Shown in pieces: positions 20,188-31,593 of a DNA stretch of 64,000 nt. Each line of letters starts with the position of its first letter. Position 1 is the stretch's first letter. The notes under the pieces were generated by a model. That model did no database searches. It saw nothing but the letters and a program-made list of their open reading frames with translations, and had not been told where the DNA came from. Both the position numbers and the translations under genes were made by a program. The DNA is from Bacteroidales bacterium (GTDB lineage: Bacteria; Bacteroidota; Bacteroidia; Bacteroidales; UBA12077), in the NCBI GenBank assembly GCA_028282585.1, contig JANQHR010000113.1, forward strand, positions 1-64,000. The letters are read 5' to 3'.

Positions 20188-21141
20188 ATGAAAGAATTCC
20201 GAACAAACATAAAACCAGAACTATCCAAAAACAAAATAAGTTACCACACACCAATTTTGTTTATGGGATCATGCTTTACCGAAAATATTGGGAATAAAAT
20301 GGTTGATTTAAAGTTTCCGGTTTTAGTAAATCCTTTTGGCGTTCTTTATAATCCTGTATCGGTTAGGCAAAGTTTGGAGATTATCCTGGACAAAAGAAAT
20401 TTTGAAGAAAGCGACTTGGGTTTCTTTAACAACCAATGGTTTAGTTTTTATCACGATACGGAATTTTCTGATTCTGATAAACAACAATGTTTAGATAATA
20501 TAAATTCGCACTTAAAGATAGCAAGGCAACATTTAAAGTCAGCTGATTATTTGATTGTAACTTTTGGAACTGCATGGGTATACCAGTATATTAAAACCGA
20601 AAAAATAGTTTCAAATTGCCACAAGATTCCGGCAAAAGAATTTAAAAGGTTTAAATTAGGCGTTGAAGATATTTTTGTACAATGGGCCAAGCTTTTAAAT
20701 AGGTTAGAAGATTTTAACCCAGGCTTAAAAATTATTTTCACTGTTAGTCCTGTTAGGCATTGGAAAGATGGTGCTATTCAAAACCAATTAAGCAAGTCAA
20801 CTTTAATTTTAGCAATTCATCAATTAATCAAAGTTTTTGACCATATTGAATATTTTCCAGCCTATGAAATTATGATGGATGACCTCCGAGATTACCGTTT
20901 TTATGCTGATGATATGTTACACGCATCAAAAGTAGCTATTGATTATATTTGGAAACAATTTTCAGAAACTTATTTCGAAAAAGAAACAAGCAGTATAATC
21001 AATGAAGTAAATAAAATTATTCGAGCAGAAAATCATAACCCATTAAATTCAGATAGTGAAAATCACAAAAGATTTCTTGAAAACCTTTTAATGCAGAAAG
21101 AGATATTAAATAGTAAATATCCGTTTATTAAGTTTGATTAA
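20188..21141 (+). CDS. GSCFA-domain (SGNH-like) protein
   Basis: 'MGSCFTENIG', 'NPFGVLYNP', 'TVSPVRH', 'YFPAYE...DDLRDYRFY..D.LH'. Confidence 0.9.
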   Translation: MKEFRTNIKPELSKNKISYHTPILFMGSCFTENIGNKMVDLKFPVLVNPFGVLYNPVSVRQSLEIILDKRNFEESDLGFFNNQWFSFYHDTEFSDSDKQQCLDNINSHLKIARQHLKSADYLIVTFGTAWVYQYIKTEKIVSNCHKIPAKEFKRFKLGVEDIFVQWAKLLNRLEDFNPGLKIIFTVSPVRHWKDGAIQNQLSKSTLILAIHQLIKVFDHIEYFPAYEIMMDDLRDYRFYADDMLHASKVAIDYIWKQFSETYFEKETSSIINEVNKIIRAENHNPLNSDSENHKRFLENLLMQKEILNSKYPFIKFD

Positions 21142-21211
21142 TTGTGGAATCTTATCTGAACAATTTGTTTAATTGTGTGTTTTGAAAACTAAACAAACTG
21201 CAAGTCGGATC

Positions 21212-23626
21212 ATGAAATTAAAACTAATACTACTGGTACTTTTATTAAGTATTTCTTATAGTGCCTATAATCAGAACTATAACGGAACTATTGAAGGAAG
21301 AATATTTAACAGTAAAAATAACGAACCGGTTCCTTTCGCTAATGTAGTTATCTTCCAAACCAATATTGGCTCAGCTTCCAATTTCGATGGTGAATTTAAA
21401 TTCACAGGTATAAAACCTGGATTTGTTAGGATACAGGTTTCGGCTGTGGGTTATGAAACATATGTTTCGCCTGAACTAATGGTTTCTAACGCCAGAACAG
21501 TTAATATTGAAATACCTTTGGTTGAAGCGAATATAAAATTAGAAGAGGTTGTTGTAAAACCTTCAGCTTTTAGGAAAACAGAAGAAAGCCCTGTTTCGTT
21601 AAGAATAATTGGGGTTCAGGAAATTGAAAAAATACCTGGAGCTAATAGAGATATATCGAAAGTTATTCAGTCATTTCCTGGAGTGGCTTCAACTCCTGCA
21701 CAACGTAATGATGTAATAGTTCGCGGTGGCGGACCAAGTGAGAACTCGTTTTTTTTGGATGATGTCGAAATTCCTAATATAAATCATTTTGCAACACAGG
21801 GCGCTTCGGGTGGACCAGTAGGAATTATAAATGTAGATTTTATTCGGGAAGTAAATTTATATTCCGGTGCTTTCCCGGCTAATAGAGGAGATGCATTGAG
21901 TTCTGTTATTGAGTTTAAACAAAAAGACGGGAACTCCGAAAAACTGGAAGTTCAAGCATCACTTGGTTCATCGGAAGTAGCACTAACATTGGATGGTCCC
22001 ATTGGAGATAAAACTTCATTTATTTTTTCTGCACGAAGATCTTACCTGCAACTGTTATTTTCAGTGTTGGAATTGCCATTTTTGCCAACATTTAATGATA
22101 CGCAGTTTAAAGTAAAAACTCGGCTTAATAAAAAAAATGAGCTAAGCTTAATAGGATTAGGAGCATATGATATCTCCGAATTAAACTTGGAAGCAAATGA
22201 GTCAGAGCTTCAACAGTATATATTAGGTTTTTTACCGGTTAATGAACAATATACTTATACGCTTGGTGCAGTTTTTAAGCATTATCGCGAAAAAAGCTAT
22301 GGAACCTGGGTTCTAAGTAGGAGTTATTTAAATAATTATTCTTTTAAATACCAAAACAATATTGAAGTTGATTCTTTGCTAACATTCGATTATTTATCAT
22401 CGGAAGCTGAAAATAAATTTCGGTATGAAAACACGACCAGAACAGATAACGGTTTTAAAATTAATGTAGGAGCAGGTTTAGAATATGCACAATATACAAA
22501 TGAAACTTTTCGAAAAGATTTTATTGGGACTACACCCGTAACAACAGATTATGATATCGAATTGGATTTTTGGAAATGGTCTATATTTGGTCAGGTAAGT
22601 AGAGATTTCTTTCAAAAACAATTGATTCTATCCTTGGGTTTTCGTTCTGATGCTAACAATTATTCATCAAGTATGTCTGATTTGTTGGATCAATTTTCAC
22701 CAAGGTTTTCGGCTTCTTATAAGTTTTTGCCTGCTATTTCTTTTAATTTTAATACAGGGAGGTATTACCAGCTTCCAGCTTACACAACGCTAGGCTTTAG
22801 TGATGGAACCGGCGATTTTATAAATAAAGAAAATGGTTTAAAGTATATTTCTGTTGATCACTTAGTTGCTGGTTTTGAATATTTACCAACCGATCAATCA
22901 TTTTTATCTATCGAAGGATTTTATAAATACTATCGTGATTACCCTTTTTCAATTAGTGATTCCATTGCACTCGCAAATAAAGGAGCTGACTTCGGAACAT
23001 TTGGTGATGAGGAAGTTTTATCAATAGCTGAAGGGCGTTCATATGGTGCAGAATTATTGGCACGGTACAAAGATTTACTGGGATTTAATATGGTAATGTC
23101 CTATACATTGGTTAGAAGTGAGTTTAAAGAATTTGACGATAACTTAAACCTCACATCCAATTATATTGTAAGCTCCTGGGATAATGTCCATATATTCAAT
23201 ATTACTGCAACACGGGATTTAAAAAAGAATTGGCAATTTGGGTTTAAATGGCGGTTTGTTGGAGGAGCTCCTTTTACACCGATTGATAAAAATAAAACTA
23301 GTTTAATTGAAGCTTGGGACGCTCGAGGACAGGAATTTTTGGATTTCTCACAATTTAACTCTAAGCGTTTAAGGTCATTCCATCAGTTAGATATCAGGAT
23401 TGATAAACAATATTTCTATGAAAAGTGGTCTTTAATGTTATATTTGGATATTCAGAATTTATACAACTTTAAATCGGAAGAACCTGAAATATACAATCCA
23501 CAAAGAGATGCAAATGGTAATAACATAGTAGACCCTCAGGATCCTACCAGATATTTAATGAAAACCATTGAAAATGATGGTTCAGGGACTATTTTACCTA
23601 CCTTAGGAATTATTGTTCAATTTTAA
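21212..23626 (+). CDS. TonB-dependent receptor
   Basis: Signal peptide, carboxypeptidase-regulatory-like N-domain, plug 'VRGGGP.EN', C-terminal aromatic residue. Confidence 0.9.
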   Translation: MKLKLILLVLLLSISYSAYNQNYNGTIEGRIFNSKNNEPVPFANVVIFQTNIGSASNFDGEFKFTGIKPGFVRIQVSAVGYETYVSPELMVSNARTVNIEIPLVEANIKLEEVVVKPSAFRKTEESPVSLRIIGVQEIEKIPGANRDISKVIQSFPGVASTPAQRNDVIVRGGGPSENSFFLDDVEIPNINHFATQGASGGPVGIINVDFIREVNLYSGAFPANRGDALSSVIEFKQKDGNSEKLEVQASLGSSEVALTLDGPIGDKTSFIFSARRSYLQLLFSVLELPFLPTFNDTQFKVKTRLNKKNELSLIGLGAYDISELNLEANESELQQYILGFLPVNEQYTYTLGAVFKHYREKSYGTWVLSRSYLNNYSFKYQNNIEVDSLLTFDYLSSEAENKFRYENTTRTDNGFKINVGAGLEYAQYTNETFRKDFIGTTPVTTDYDIELDFWKWSIFGQVSRDFFQKQLILSLGFRSDANNYSSSMSDLLDQFSPRFSASYKFLPAISFNFNTGRYYQLPAYTTLGFSDGTGDFINKENGLKYISVDHLVAGFEYLPTDQSFLSIEGFYKYYRDYPFSISDSIALANKGADFGTFGDEEVLSIAEGRSYGAELLARYKDLLGFNMVMSYTLVRSEFKEFDDNLNLTSNYIVSSWDNVHIFNITATRDLKKNWQFGFKWRFVGGAPFTPIDKNKTSLIEAWDARGQEFLDFSQFNSKRLRSFHQLDIRIDKQYFYEKWSLMLYLDIQNLYNFKSEEPEIYNPQRDANGNNIVDPQDPTRYLMKTIENDGSGTILPTLGIIVQF

Positions 23627-23636
23627 AATTTAAGTC

Positions 23637-24374
23637 ATGAAAAAGAATGTAATAATTACAACGATACTGGTATTATTTATGAGTACAACTTTTGCCCAGA
23701 ATAAAACTAAAAATGAATACATTCAATTAGAAACCAATAAAAATGGTACTGGACCAATGTTTGAAATAGAATTTCAAAAGGGGAAGGAATTTTATTATCC
23801 TTTATTTGTATTTTGGATAGAAGATTTGGAAGGGAATTACATTCAAACTTTGTATGTTTCTCAATCTATTGCCACAGGAGTTTTTAATTACGGTAAAGTA
23901 AAGGATGACAAATGGGTAAAAGAAGGCAAAAGAAGACCTGCAGCATTGCCCTATTGGGCTCACAAAAGAGGTGTGAAAGCGAAAGATGGTTTATTCATAC
24001 CAACACCAGATGAACCAATTGCAGATGCTTATACAGGAGAAACGCCACAATCCAATTTTATACTTACAACTAGAGCGGACCAGGAGTTACCGGAAAAGTT
24101 TAATGTTCTGTTTGAAATAAATCAATCATGGGATTGGAATGAATATTGGACCAATAATAAATATCCGGAAGATGAAGATTATAAAACTTCTTCACAGCCC
24201 GCTTTAATATATTCAACTAGTATCGATCTTAATTCAGATATACAAGATTATAGTTTCGAACTTATTGGTCATAGCCATTATTCTGGTAAAACGGGAAGTA
24301 TATATAAGGATTTAACTACAATTACAACGGCAAAGGAAATTGTAAATAAAACAACTTTGTCTATAAAAAAGTAA
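23637..24374 (+). CDS. Secreted hypothetical protein, DUF2271-like
   Basis: Signal peptide; 'WIED..GNYIQTLYV', 'LPYW', 'DAYTGETP'. Confidence 0.55.
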   Translation: MKKNVIITTILVLFMSTTFAQNKTKNEYIQLETNKNGTGPMFEIEFQKGKEFYYPLFVFWIEDLEGNYIQTLYVSQSIATGVFNYGKVKDDKWVKEGKRRPAALPYWAHKRGVKAKDGLFIPTPDEPIADAYTGETPQSNFILTTRADQELPEKFNVLFEINQSWDWNEYWTNNKYPEDEDYKTSSQPALIYSTSIDLNSDIQDYSFELIGHSHYSGKTGSIYKDLTTITTAKEIVNKTTLSIKK

Positions 24375-24400
24375 GCCCAAGGTATTTGCCATGGGCTTAC
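24371..24400. terminator. Hairpin between convergent genes
   Basis: GTAAGCCCA...TGGGCTTAC stem. Confidence 0.55.
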
Positions 24401-24439
24401 CGTCAAACAGAAAAGAATCCTAAAATTACAATCAGCTAT

Positions 24440-24997
24440 TTAGTTCCATGAAATGTCGAACTCTGTAACCTGATCTCCTTTTGTAAGCGATTTTGTAATA
24501 TTTACTTTTACATCATCACAATTTGTAAGTTCAAGCGCTTTCTGAATCCATCCGGCAATTCTATATTCAATTACATGATCGGGCTCGGGGAATTTAGTTA
24601 TATGCAATGTAACACCTTTTATTTTTGTCTCTACCACTTCCATATCTGTGGGGTTATAGTATGATTGAAATACTCTACTCGCTCTTTGGATAATATAGCC
24701 TGGTTTTGCTATCATTATAAAAATCTTATATACGCCTTTTAATCCGATTTCCGCACTATATCTACCTGATTGGAAAGCAGCTTCTTTAACATCATTATTA
24801 AAAAACAGTTTAGCAATTGTTTTGGTAGGTGCAATTGCAGCATCTTTCATCGGATACCAACTGTTTGCAAAAATTCCGCCCTTTAATATTTCCTGAGTAG
24901 TTTTTGGTAGAGAATTAAACCATTCATCCGATCGTTCTTTAAACTTATTATCAACAAAATCTTTAATAGATTTTACTGCAGTACCCTTTATTTCCAT
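24440..24997 (-). CDS. Hypothetical protein (DUF2378/V4R-like fold suspected)
   Basis: Clean 185-aa ORF; 'KGT', 'WYP', 'GW...ALE', C-terminal 'F.ISW'. Confidence 0.55.
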   Translation of the reverse strand: MEIKGTAVKSIKDFVDNKFKERSDEWFNSLPKTTQEILKGGIFANSWYPMKDAAIAPTKTIAKLFFNNDVKEAAFQSGRYSAEIGLKGVYKIFIMIAKPGYIIQRASRVFQSYYNPTDMEVVETKIKGVTLHITKFPEPDHVIEYRIAGWIQKALELTNCDDVKVNITKSLTKGDQVTEFDISWN

Positions 24998-25092
24998 TTT
25001 AATTCAGTTTTGTAAATTGTACTATGAAATTACAATTTATATAGCTAATTTTCAATTGTTTTTTTATGAGCGTATAAAAAATGTTGATAAAT

Positions 25093-25118
25093 AAAAAAAG
25101 CTCAAATTTTTGAGCTTT
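25093..25118 (-). terminator. Intrinsic terminator of kdsB
   Basis: AAAGCTCAAA / TTTGAGCTTT stem with a U-tract on the minus strand. Confidence 0.65.
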
Positions 25119-25148
25119 CGCGAAGTTATCTTAATATTAGTGAGATTA

Positions 25149-25892
25149 TTATATTGATCTTAATATTTTCTCCAGGTCTTCAGGAGTATCTATTCCCGGT
25201 GAATCAAAAATCGTTTTACTTACTTTTATATTATAACCATTCTCTATCCAACGAAGTTGTTCCAATGATTCAGCTTTTTCCAAATATGATTGTTCAAGTT
25301 TAGTTACTTTACGTAATGTTTCTGTTTTATAGGCATACATACCAATATGACGATAGAATTTATGATGATCCAGCCAATCAGTTTTTTTAACATTTCTTAA
25401 AAATGGAATAGGCGAACGACTAAAAAAAATTGCATTCATATTTTTATCTAAAACAACTTTGGGTTTATTTTCATTAAAAATGTCTTCTGAACTTTCTATT
25501 TCTTTTACTAAAGTTGCAATCTCAGTAGTTTGATCATTAAAACAAGATTTTATTTCTTCAATTTGTCCAGGTTGTATAAAAGGTTCATCACCTTGGATAT
25601 TAATTACCACATCGAAATTTTGATTAAGATCATTTTGTATAAGTTCAATTGCTTCAGCAAGGCGATCTGTTCCGCTTTGATGATTTTCAGATGTTGTAAC
25701 TACTTTACCTCCAAAATGTTTCACTTCTTCAGCTATCCTTTGATCATCAGTTGCAACATAAACCACTTCTAATGCTTTTTTAGATTGCTCATAAACTCGT
25801 TGGATCATTGTTTTCCCTTTTATGTCAACCATTGGTTTACCTGGAAATCTTGTCGATGCGTATCTGGCTGGAATAATTCCGATAAATTTCAT
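25149..25892 (-). CDS. kdsB: 3-deoxy-manno-octulosonate cytidylyltransferase
   Basis: 'IIPARYASTRFPGKP', 'SGTDR', 'NIQGDEP', 'ESLEQLR'; ATG at 25892. Confidence 0.96.
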   Translation of the reverse strand: MKFIGIIPARYASTRFPGKPMVDIKGKTMIQRVYEQSKKALEVVYVATDDQRIAEEVKHFGGKVVTTSENHQSGTDRLAEAIELIQNDLNQNFDVVINIQGDEPFIQPGQIEEIKSCFNDQTTEIATLVKEIESSEDIFNENKPKVVLDKNMNAIFFSRSPIPFLRNVKKTDWLDHHKFYRHIGMYAYKTETLRKVTKLEQSYLEKAESLEQLRWIENGYNIKVSKTIFDSPGIDTPEDLEKILRSI

Positions 25893-26061
25893 ATTAGTTT
25901 TATTTAGTAAAAGCAAAAATACAATTTGAAATCTTAAATCTGAAATTTGAAACCTGCCTTAATGACAGTAAAATTTTCTTAAAACTTGTTAAAAACAACG
26001 AGAATACTAATTAAAAATTGTAATTTTGTCATATCTAAAAAATGAGTAAAATATATCCATT

Positions 26062-27291
26062 ATGGATGTTCAAAAAATAAAACAAAGATTTGGAATTATA
26101 GGAAATTCACACGGATTGAATCGTGCTATTGATGTAGCTTCTCAGGTAGCGCCAACCGATCTTTCGGTACTTATAACTGGTGAAAGTGGAACAGGAAAGG
26201 AAGCATTTCCTCAAATAATTCACAACTTTAGTTCTCGAAAACATGGTAAATATATTCCGGTAAATTGTGGCGCAATTCCTGATGGAACGATAGATTCTGA
26301 GTTATTTGGACATGAAAAAGGTTCGTTTACCGGTGCACATGATAGTCGCCAGGGATATTTCGAGGTTGCTAATAATGGTACTATTTTTTTAGATGAAGTG
26401 GCTGAACTACCTATGTCTACTCAAGTTAGATTATTAAGAGTTTTGGAAACCGGTGAGTTTTTAAGAGTTGGATCATCCAAAGTGCAAAAGACCAATGTTC
26501 GTGTAATTGCCGCAACTAACGTAGATTTAGTAAAAGCTATTGAAGAAAATAAATTTCGCGAAGACTTGTATTACAGGTTAAATACAGTTCCAATTATAAT
26601 TCCTCCTCTTAAAGAACGCGGAGGAGATATATATTTATTATTTAGAAAATTTGCAACCGATTTTGCTGAAAGATACCGGATGCCTCCGGTTAGTTTGAAT
26701 GAAGAAGCTCGAAGAATTTTAGATAATTACGAATGGCCGGGAAATGTCCGTCAATTAAAGAACATAACAGAACAACTATCTGTTATAGAAGAACAAAGAG
26801 TAATATCTGAAGATATTCTGAAAAAGTATTTACCCGATTATTATCCGAATAAATTACCAGCAATTTACAGGAATGATTTAGTAGATGAGAAGACCTTTGC
26901 TACAGAAAGGGAAATATTGTACAAGATCTTATTTGATATGAAATCCGATTTAAATAATCTGAAAAAGTTGGTTAATGGTTTAATAGAGAAAGGTGTAGAT
27001 TTAGAAGATATAAAAAGTGCCGATCATTTAATTCAGAGCTATAATCAGGATTCTTCTTCCATAATAAATACACCTGAGCCTAAATCAACAGCAATTAATA
27101 AGATTGAGGAATCTAATATTGAAGATACGGAAGAATTTGTTGAAGAATCACTTTCTTTGGAGGAAAAGGAAATTGAGTTAATTAAAAAGGCGTTAGAGAA
27201 GCATAATGGTAAAAGAAAATATGCTGCGCAAGATTTGGGAATATCTGAAAGAACGCTTTATAGAAAAATAAAAGAATACGATATCGATTAA
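26062..27291 (+). CDS. Sigma54-dependent enhancer-binding protein (AAA+ and Fis HTH, no receiver domain)
   Basis: 'GESGTGKE', 'SELFGHEKGSFTGA', 'FLDEV', 'WPGNVRQL', 'LGISERTLYRK'. Confidence 0.93.
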   Translation: MDVQKIKQRFGIIGNSHGLNRAIDVASQVAPTDLSVLITGESGTGKEAFPQIIHNFSSRKHGKYIPVNCGAIPDGTIDSELFGHEKGSFTGAHDSRQGYFEVANNGTIFLDEVAELPMSTQVRLLRVLETGEFLRVGSSKVQKTNVRVIAATNVDLVKAIEENKFREDLYYRLNTVPIIIPPLKERGGDIYLLFRKFATDFAERYRMPPVSLNEEARRILDNYEWPGNVRQLKNITEQLSVIEEQRVISEDILKKYLPDYYPNKLPAIYRNDLVDEKTFATEREILYKILFDMKSDLNNLKKLVNGLIEKGVDLEDIKSADHLIQSYNQDSSSIINTPEPKSTAINKIEESNIEDTEEFVEESLSLEEKEIELIKKALEKHNGKRKYAAQDLGISERTLYRKIKEYDID

Positions 27292-27294
27292 AAA

Positions 27295-27798
27295 ATGAAA
27301 AAACTATCATTAATAATATTAGCATATATATTTATAAACCAGGCTTGTACTATAAATTACTCTTTAACTGGCGCTTCAATAGCTCCTGAAGTTAAAACTG
27401 TTTCTATACAGCACTTTGTAAATCGTACACCAATGGGAGTAGCTAATATGGAACAGTATTTTACAGATGAGTTAAAGGATAAATTTAAGTCTCAGACAAG
27501 TTTAGTTGTTGTTAATGATTTGGGACATTTAAATTTTGAAGGCGAAATTACAGATTATAATACCAGACCAATTGCTATTACTGGTGATGAAATAGCTGCT
27601 CAAAATAGGCTTACCATTACCGTAAAAGTCAAGTTTACAAATGAGATTGAGCCACAATATAATTTCGATTCGAGCTTTTCGCAATTTGAGGATTATGACA
27701 GTGATCAGGACTTATCATCAGTTGAACAAGACTTAATGGAGAAAATATTTGAAAAACTCATCGAGGACATTTTTAATAAATCAGTTGTTAACTGGTAA
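27295..27798 (+). CDS. lptE: LptE-family LPS assembly lipoprotein
   Basis: Lipobox-like 'QAC', 'YSLTGASI', 'NRLTITV.V', C-terminal 'W'; Bacteroidota synteny. Confidence 0.75.
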   Translation: MKKLSLIILAYIFINQACTINYSLTGASIAPEVKTVSIQHFVNRTPMGVANMEQYFTDELKDKFKSQTSLVVVNDLGHLNFEGEITDYNTRPIAITGDEIAAQNRLTITVKVKFTNEIEPQYNFDSSFSQFEDYDSDQDLSSVEQDLMEKIFEKLIEDIFNKSVVNW

Positions 27799-27800
27799 TT

Positions 27801-28787
27801 ATGAACCAATTGGAAATAAAAAAATATATAATTAATCCCAACTTACTTGTTAATTGCAATTTAAGTGAGTTAAAGAATTTAATTTATAATTTTCCATTCT
27901 TTCAAACTGCGCATATTTTGTATTTAAAAGCTCTTTTAATTCAGGATAAAGAGCAATTTGAAAAGCAACTTTCTATTTCTTCTACTTATATTTCGGATAG
28001 AGACCTATTATTTAAATTCTTAAACCGGGAGATTGAGATCGAAAAAGAACCAATAGAAGCTAAGGAAAAAACAGAATCAAAACCTGGGACTGAAGATGAT
28101 CAAATCCTTTTAAAAAATCGAAATGTAAAACGTAAAATAAACGATAGTTTCGAAGGTATGGGCGAGAATATTTCTGAAACCATTTCAAGCCAGATTGAGT
28201 TTTCAACGGTAAAAGAAAAAGATGGGCTGGAGTATCCCCCAGAGATATATTTTATTGAGGAAGAGAGAGATGGGAAAAATGATATTGTCACAATTGATGC
28301 AGATCCCGAGAATGTCAAAAAGTTAAGTAAGCAAAAAGATATTCTTCAGATTGATGAGGAAGGACAGCAAAAACAAAAAAAGGAGATTAAAAATAATAAG
28401 GAAAGTAAGGATGAACCGTTCGAATTATTGCATTCGGATGAATTAAAGAATAAAAAAGAAAAAAAGAACTCCGAAGGCTATTTTGATATTTCAGAATATG
28501 AATCAAAAGAAGAAACTATAAAAGATGATTTAATTTCTAGGTTTATTAAAGAAAATCCAAGAATTGAAACAAAAGAAATTAAGGAAGAGATTGATGATAT
28601 TTCAGAAGAAAGTGTAAAAGAAGATTCGAACCTTTTATCAGAAACTTTAATAAAAGTATACATCAAACAAGGCTTATTTGAAAAAGCCATTGAATCTTAT
28701 AAGAAATTAAGTTTGAAATATCCAGAAAAAAATACTTACTTTGCGAGTCAAATTGAAATATTAGAAGATAAAATAAAAAAACAATAA
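27801..28787 (+). CDS. Conserved hypothetical protein with C-terminal TPR-like motif
   Basis: 'FPFFQ.AH' N-terminus; 'SETL.KVY.KQG..EKA...Y..L.LKYPEK..YFA' C-terminus. Confidence 0.75.
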   Translation: MNQLEIKKYIINPNLLVNCNLSELKNLIYNFPFFQTAHILYLKALLIQDKEQFEKQLSISSTYISDRDLLFKFLNREIEIEKEPIEAKEKTESKPGTEDDQILLKNRNVKRKINDSFEGMGENISETISSQIEFSTVKEKDGLEYPPEIYFIEEERDGKNDIVTIDADPENVKKLSKQKDILQIDEEGQQKQKKEIKNNKESKDEPFELLHSDELKNKKEKKNSEGYFDISEYESKEETIKDDLISRFIKENPRIETKEIKEEIDDISEESVKEDSNLLSETLIKVYIKQGLFEKAIESYKKLSLKYPEKNTYFASQIEILEDKIKKQ

Positions 28788-28789
28788 AA

Positions 28790-29140
28790 ATGTACGTATT
28801 AGTTTCAGTATTAATCATTATTGCGAGTATATTACTTACACTGATTGTGTTAGTTCAGAACTCGAAGGGAGGAGGATTAGCGTCGAATTTTTCATCTTCA
28901 AATCAGGTAATGGGAGTAAGAAAAACGGCTGACTTTCTTGAAAAAGCAACATGGACATTGGCGATAAGCTTAGTAGTTTTATGTTTAGCAGCTGCTATGA
29001 CAATTCCACGAGGAGCCGTTGAAGAAAGATCAAGAATTGAGCAAGAAGTTAATAATGCTGTTGATCCAACCCAAATGCCGCAATTTCCAACTTCAGTTCC
29101 TGAAACAGAACAACCAACTGAAGGTGGTGAAGGAAACTAG
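28790..29140 (+). CDS. secG: Preprotein translocase subunit SecG
   Basis: 'VLVQNSKGGGL', 'FLEKATW'. Confidence 0.93.
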   Translation: MYVLVSVLIIIASILLTLIVLVQNSKGGGLASNFSSSNQVMGVRKTADFLEKATWTLAISLVVLCLAAAMTIPRGAVEERSRIEQEVNNAVDPTQMPQFPTSVPETEQPTEGGEGN

Positions 29141-29162
29141 AAATTAGACAAATTTATTATAT

Positions 29163-29200
29163 AAAAGTGTCAGTCTGTCATAAAGGCTGACACTTTTTTT
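29163..29200 (+). terminator. Terminator after secG; contains TGTCA/TGACA motifs
   Basis: AAAAGTGTCAGTCT / AGGCTGACACTTTT stem with T7 tail. Confidence 0.75.
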
Positions 29201-29212
29201 ATACATTTCTAT

Positions 29213-29228
29213 TTGGCATAAATTATGA
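29213..29228 (+). promoter_or_regulatory. Sigma54-like -24/-12 promoter for groESL
   Basis: TTGGCATAAATTATGA gives GG-N10-GA spacing. Confidence 0.5.
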
Positions 29229-29262
29229 TTAGAAGGGAATGCAATCAAAAAAATAAGTTTAA

Positions 29263-29302
29263 CCCGTCTGCCAATTTATTTGCCATAGGCATCACAGGCA
29301 GG
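29263..29302 (+). repeat. 40-bp GC-rich element, copy 1
   Basis: CCCGTCTGCCAATTTATTTGCCATAGGCATCACAGGCAGG; 32/40 identical to 31283-31322. Confidence 0.8.
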
Positions 29303-29321
29303 CAATAAAATATTAGAAAAA

Positions 29322-29600
29322 ATGTCAGAATTTAAGTACAGACCTTTAAAAGATCGAGTTTTAGTTGAGCCTCATAAGGCTGAAGAAAAAACTGCAAGTG
29401 GAATTATAATTCCTGATTCTGCTCAGGAAAAGCCTCAAAAAGGAACGGTTGTAGCTGTTGGTGATGGAAAAAAAGATGAGCCTGTGTCTTTAAAAGCAGG
29501 TGATGTGGTAATCTACGGAAAATATGGTGGAACAGAAATCCATATTGATGGAAAAGATTATTTAATCATGCGTGAAGATGACATTTTATTAGTTGAATAA
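29322..29600 (+). CDS. groES: Co-chaperonin GroES
   Basis: 'PL.DRVLV', '[20 protein letters not shown]'. Confidence 0.98.
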   Translation: MSEFKYRPLKDRVLVEPHKAEEKTASGIIIPDSAQEKPQKGTVVAVGDGKKDEPVSLKAGDVVIYGKYGGTEIHIDGKDYLIMREDDILLVE

Positions 29601-29618
29601 TTAATTATTAAAATTTAA

Positions 29619-31271
<1,653 letters not shown>

Positions 31272-31282
31272 AATCAATCATT

Positions 31283-31322
31283 CCTGTCTGCCGACTTATT
31301 TGCCGGAGGCATGACAGGCAAA
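31283..31322 (+). repeat. 40-bp GC-rich element, copy 2
   Basis: CCTGTCTGCCGACTTATTTGCCGGAGGCATGACAGGCAAA. Confidence 0.8.
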
Positions 31323-31337
31323 ACTTATTTATTATTT

Positions 31338-31372
31338 AGCCCTTTGTTGCTTTGTGCGCAAAGGGCTTTTTT
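31338..31372 (+). terminator. groESL intrinsic terminator
   Basis: AGCCCTTTG / CAAAGGGCT stem followed by a T-run. Confidence 0.8.
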
Positions 31373-31593
31373 ATTAATTGAAATATCGAACGATCTAACC
31401 TTGTCCGAAAGCAGGGATTAACGAATGATCATGTAAGGAGTAAAATCTTAATTCGACATTCGTTGATTGATATTCATTATTTAAAAAACCTCAAGGCTTT
31501 GTAATTAAACTAAAATATAATTTCTAATTTTACATGAAACAAAACAATATCTGCCACTTTGATATGTTTTTAGAAGTAGAATAAGTAAACTGT

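Noticed and set aside
25923-25950. aatttga aatctta aatctga aatttga heptamer run upstream of kdsB
   Set aside because: Only four AT-rich units with no inverted partner or associated gene; may be chance or a remnant
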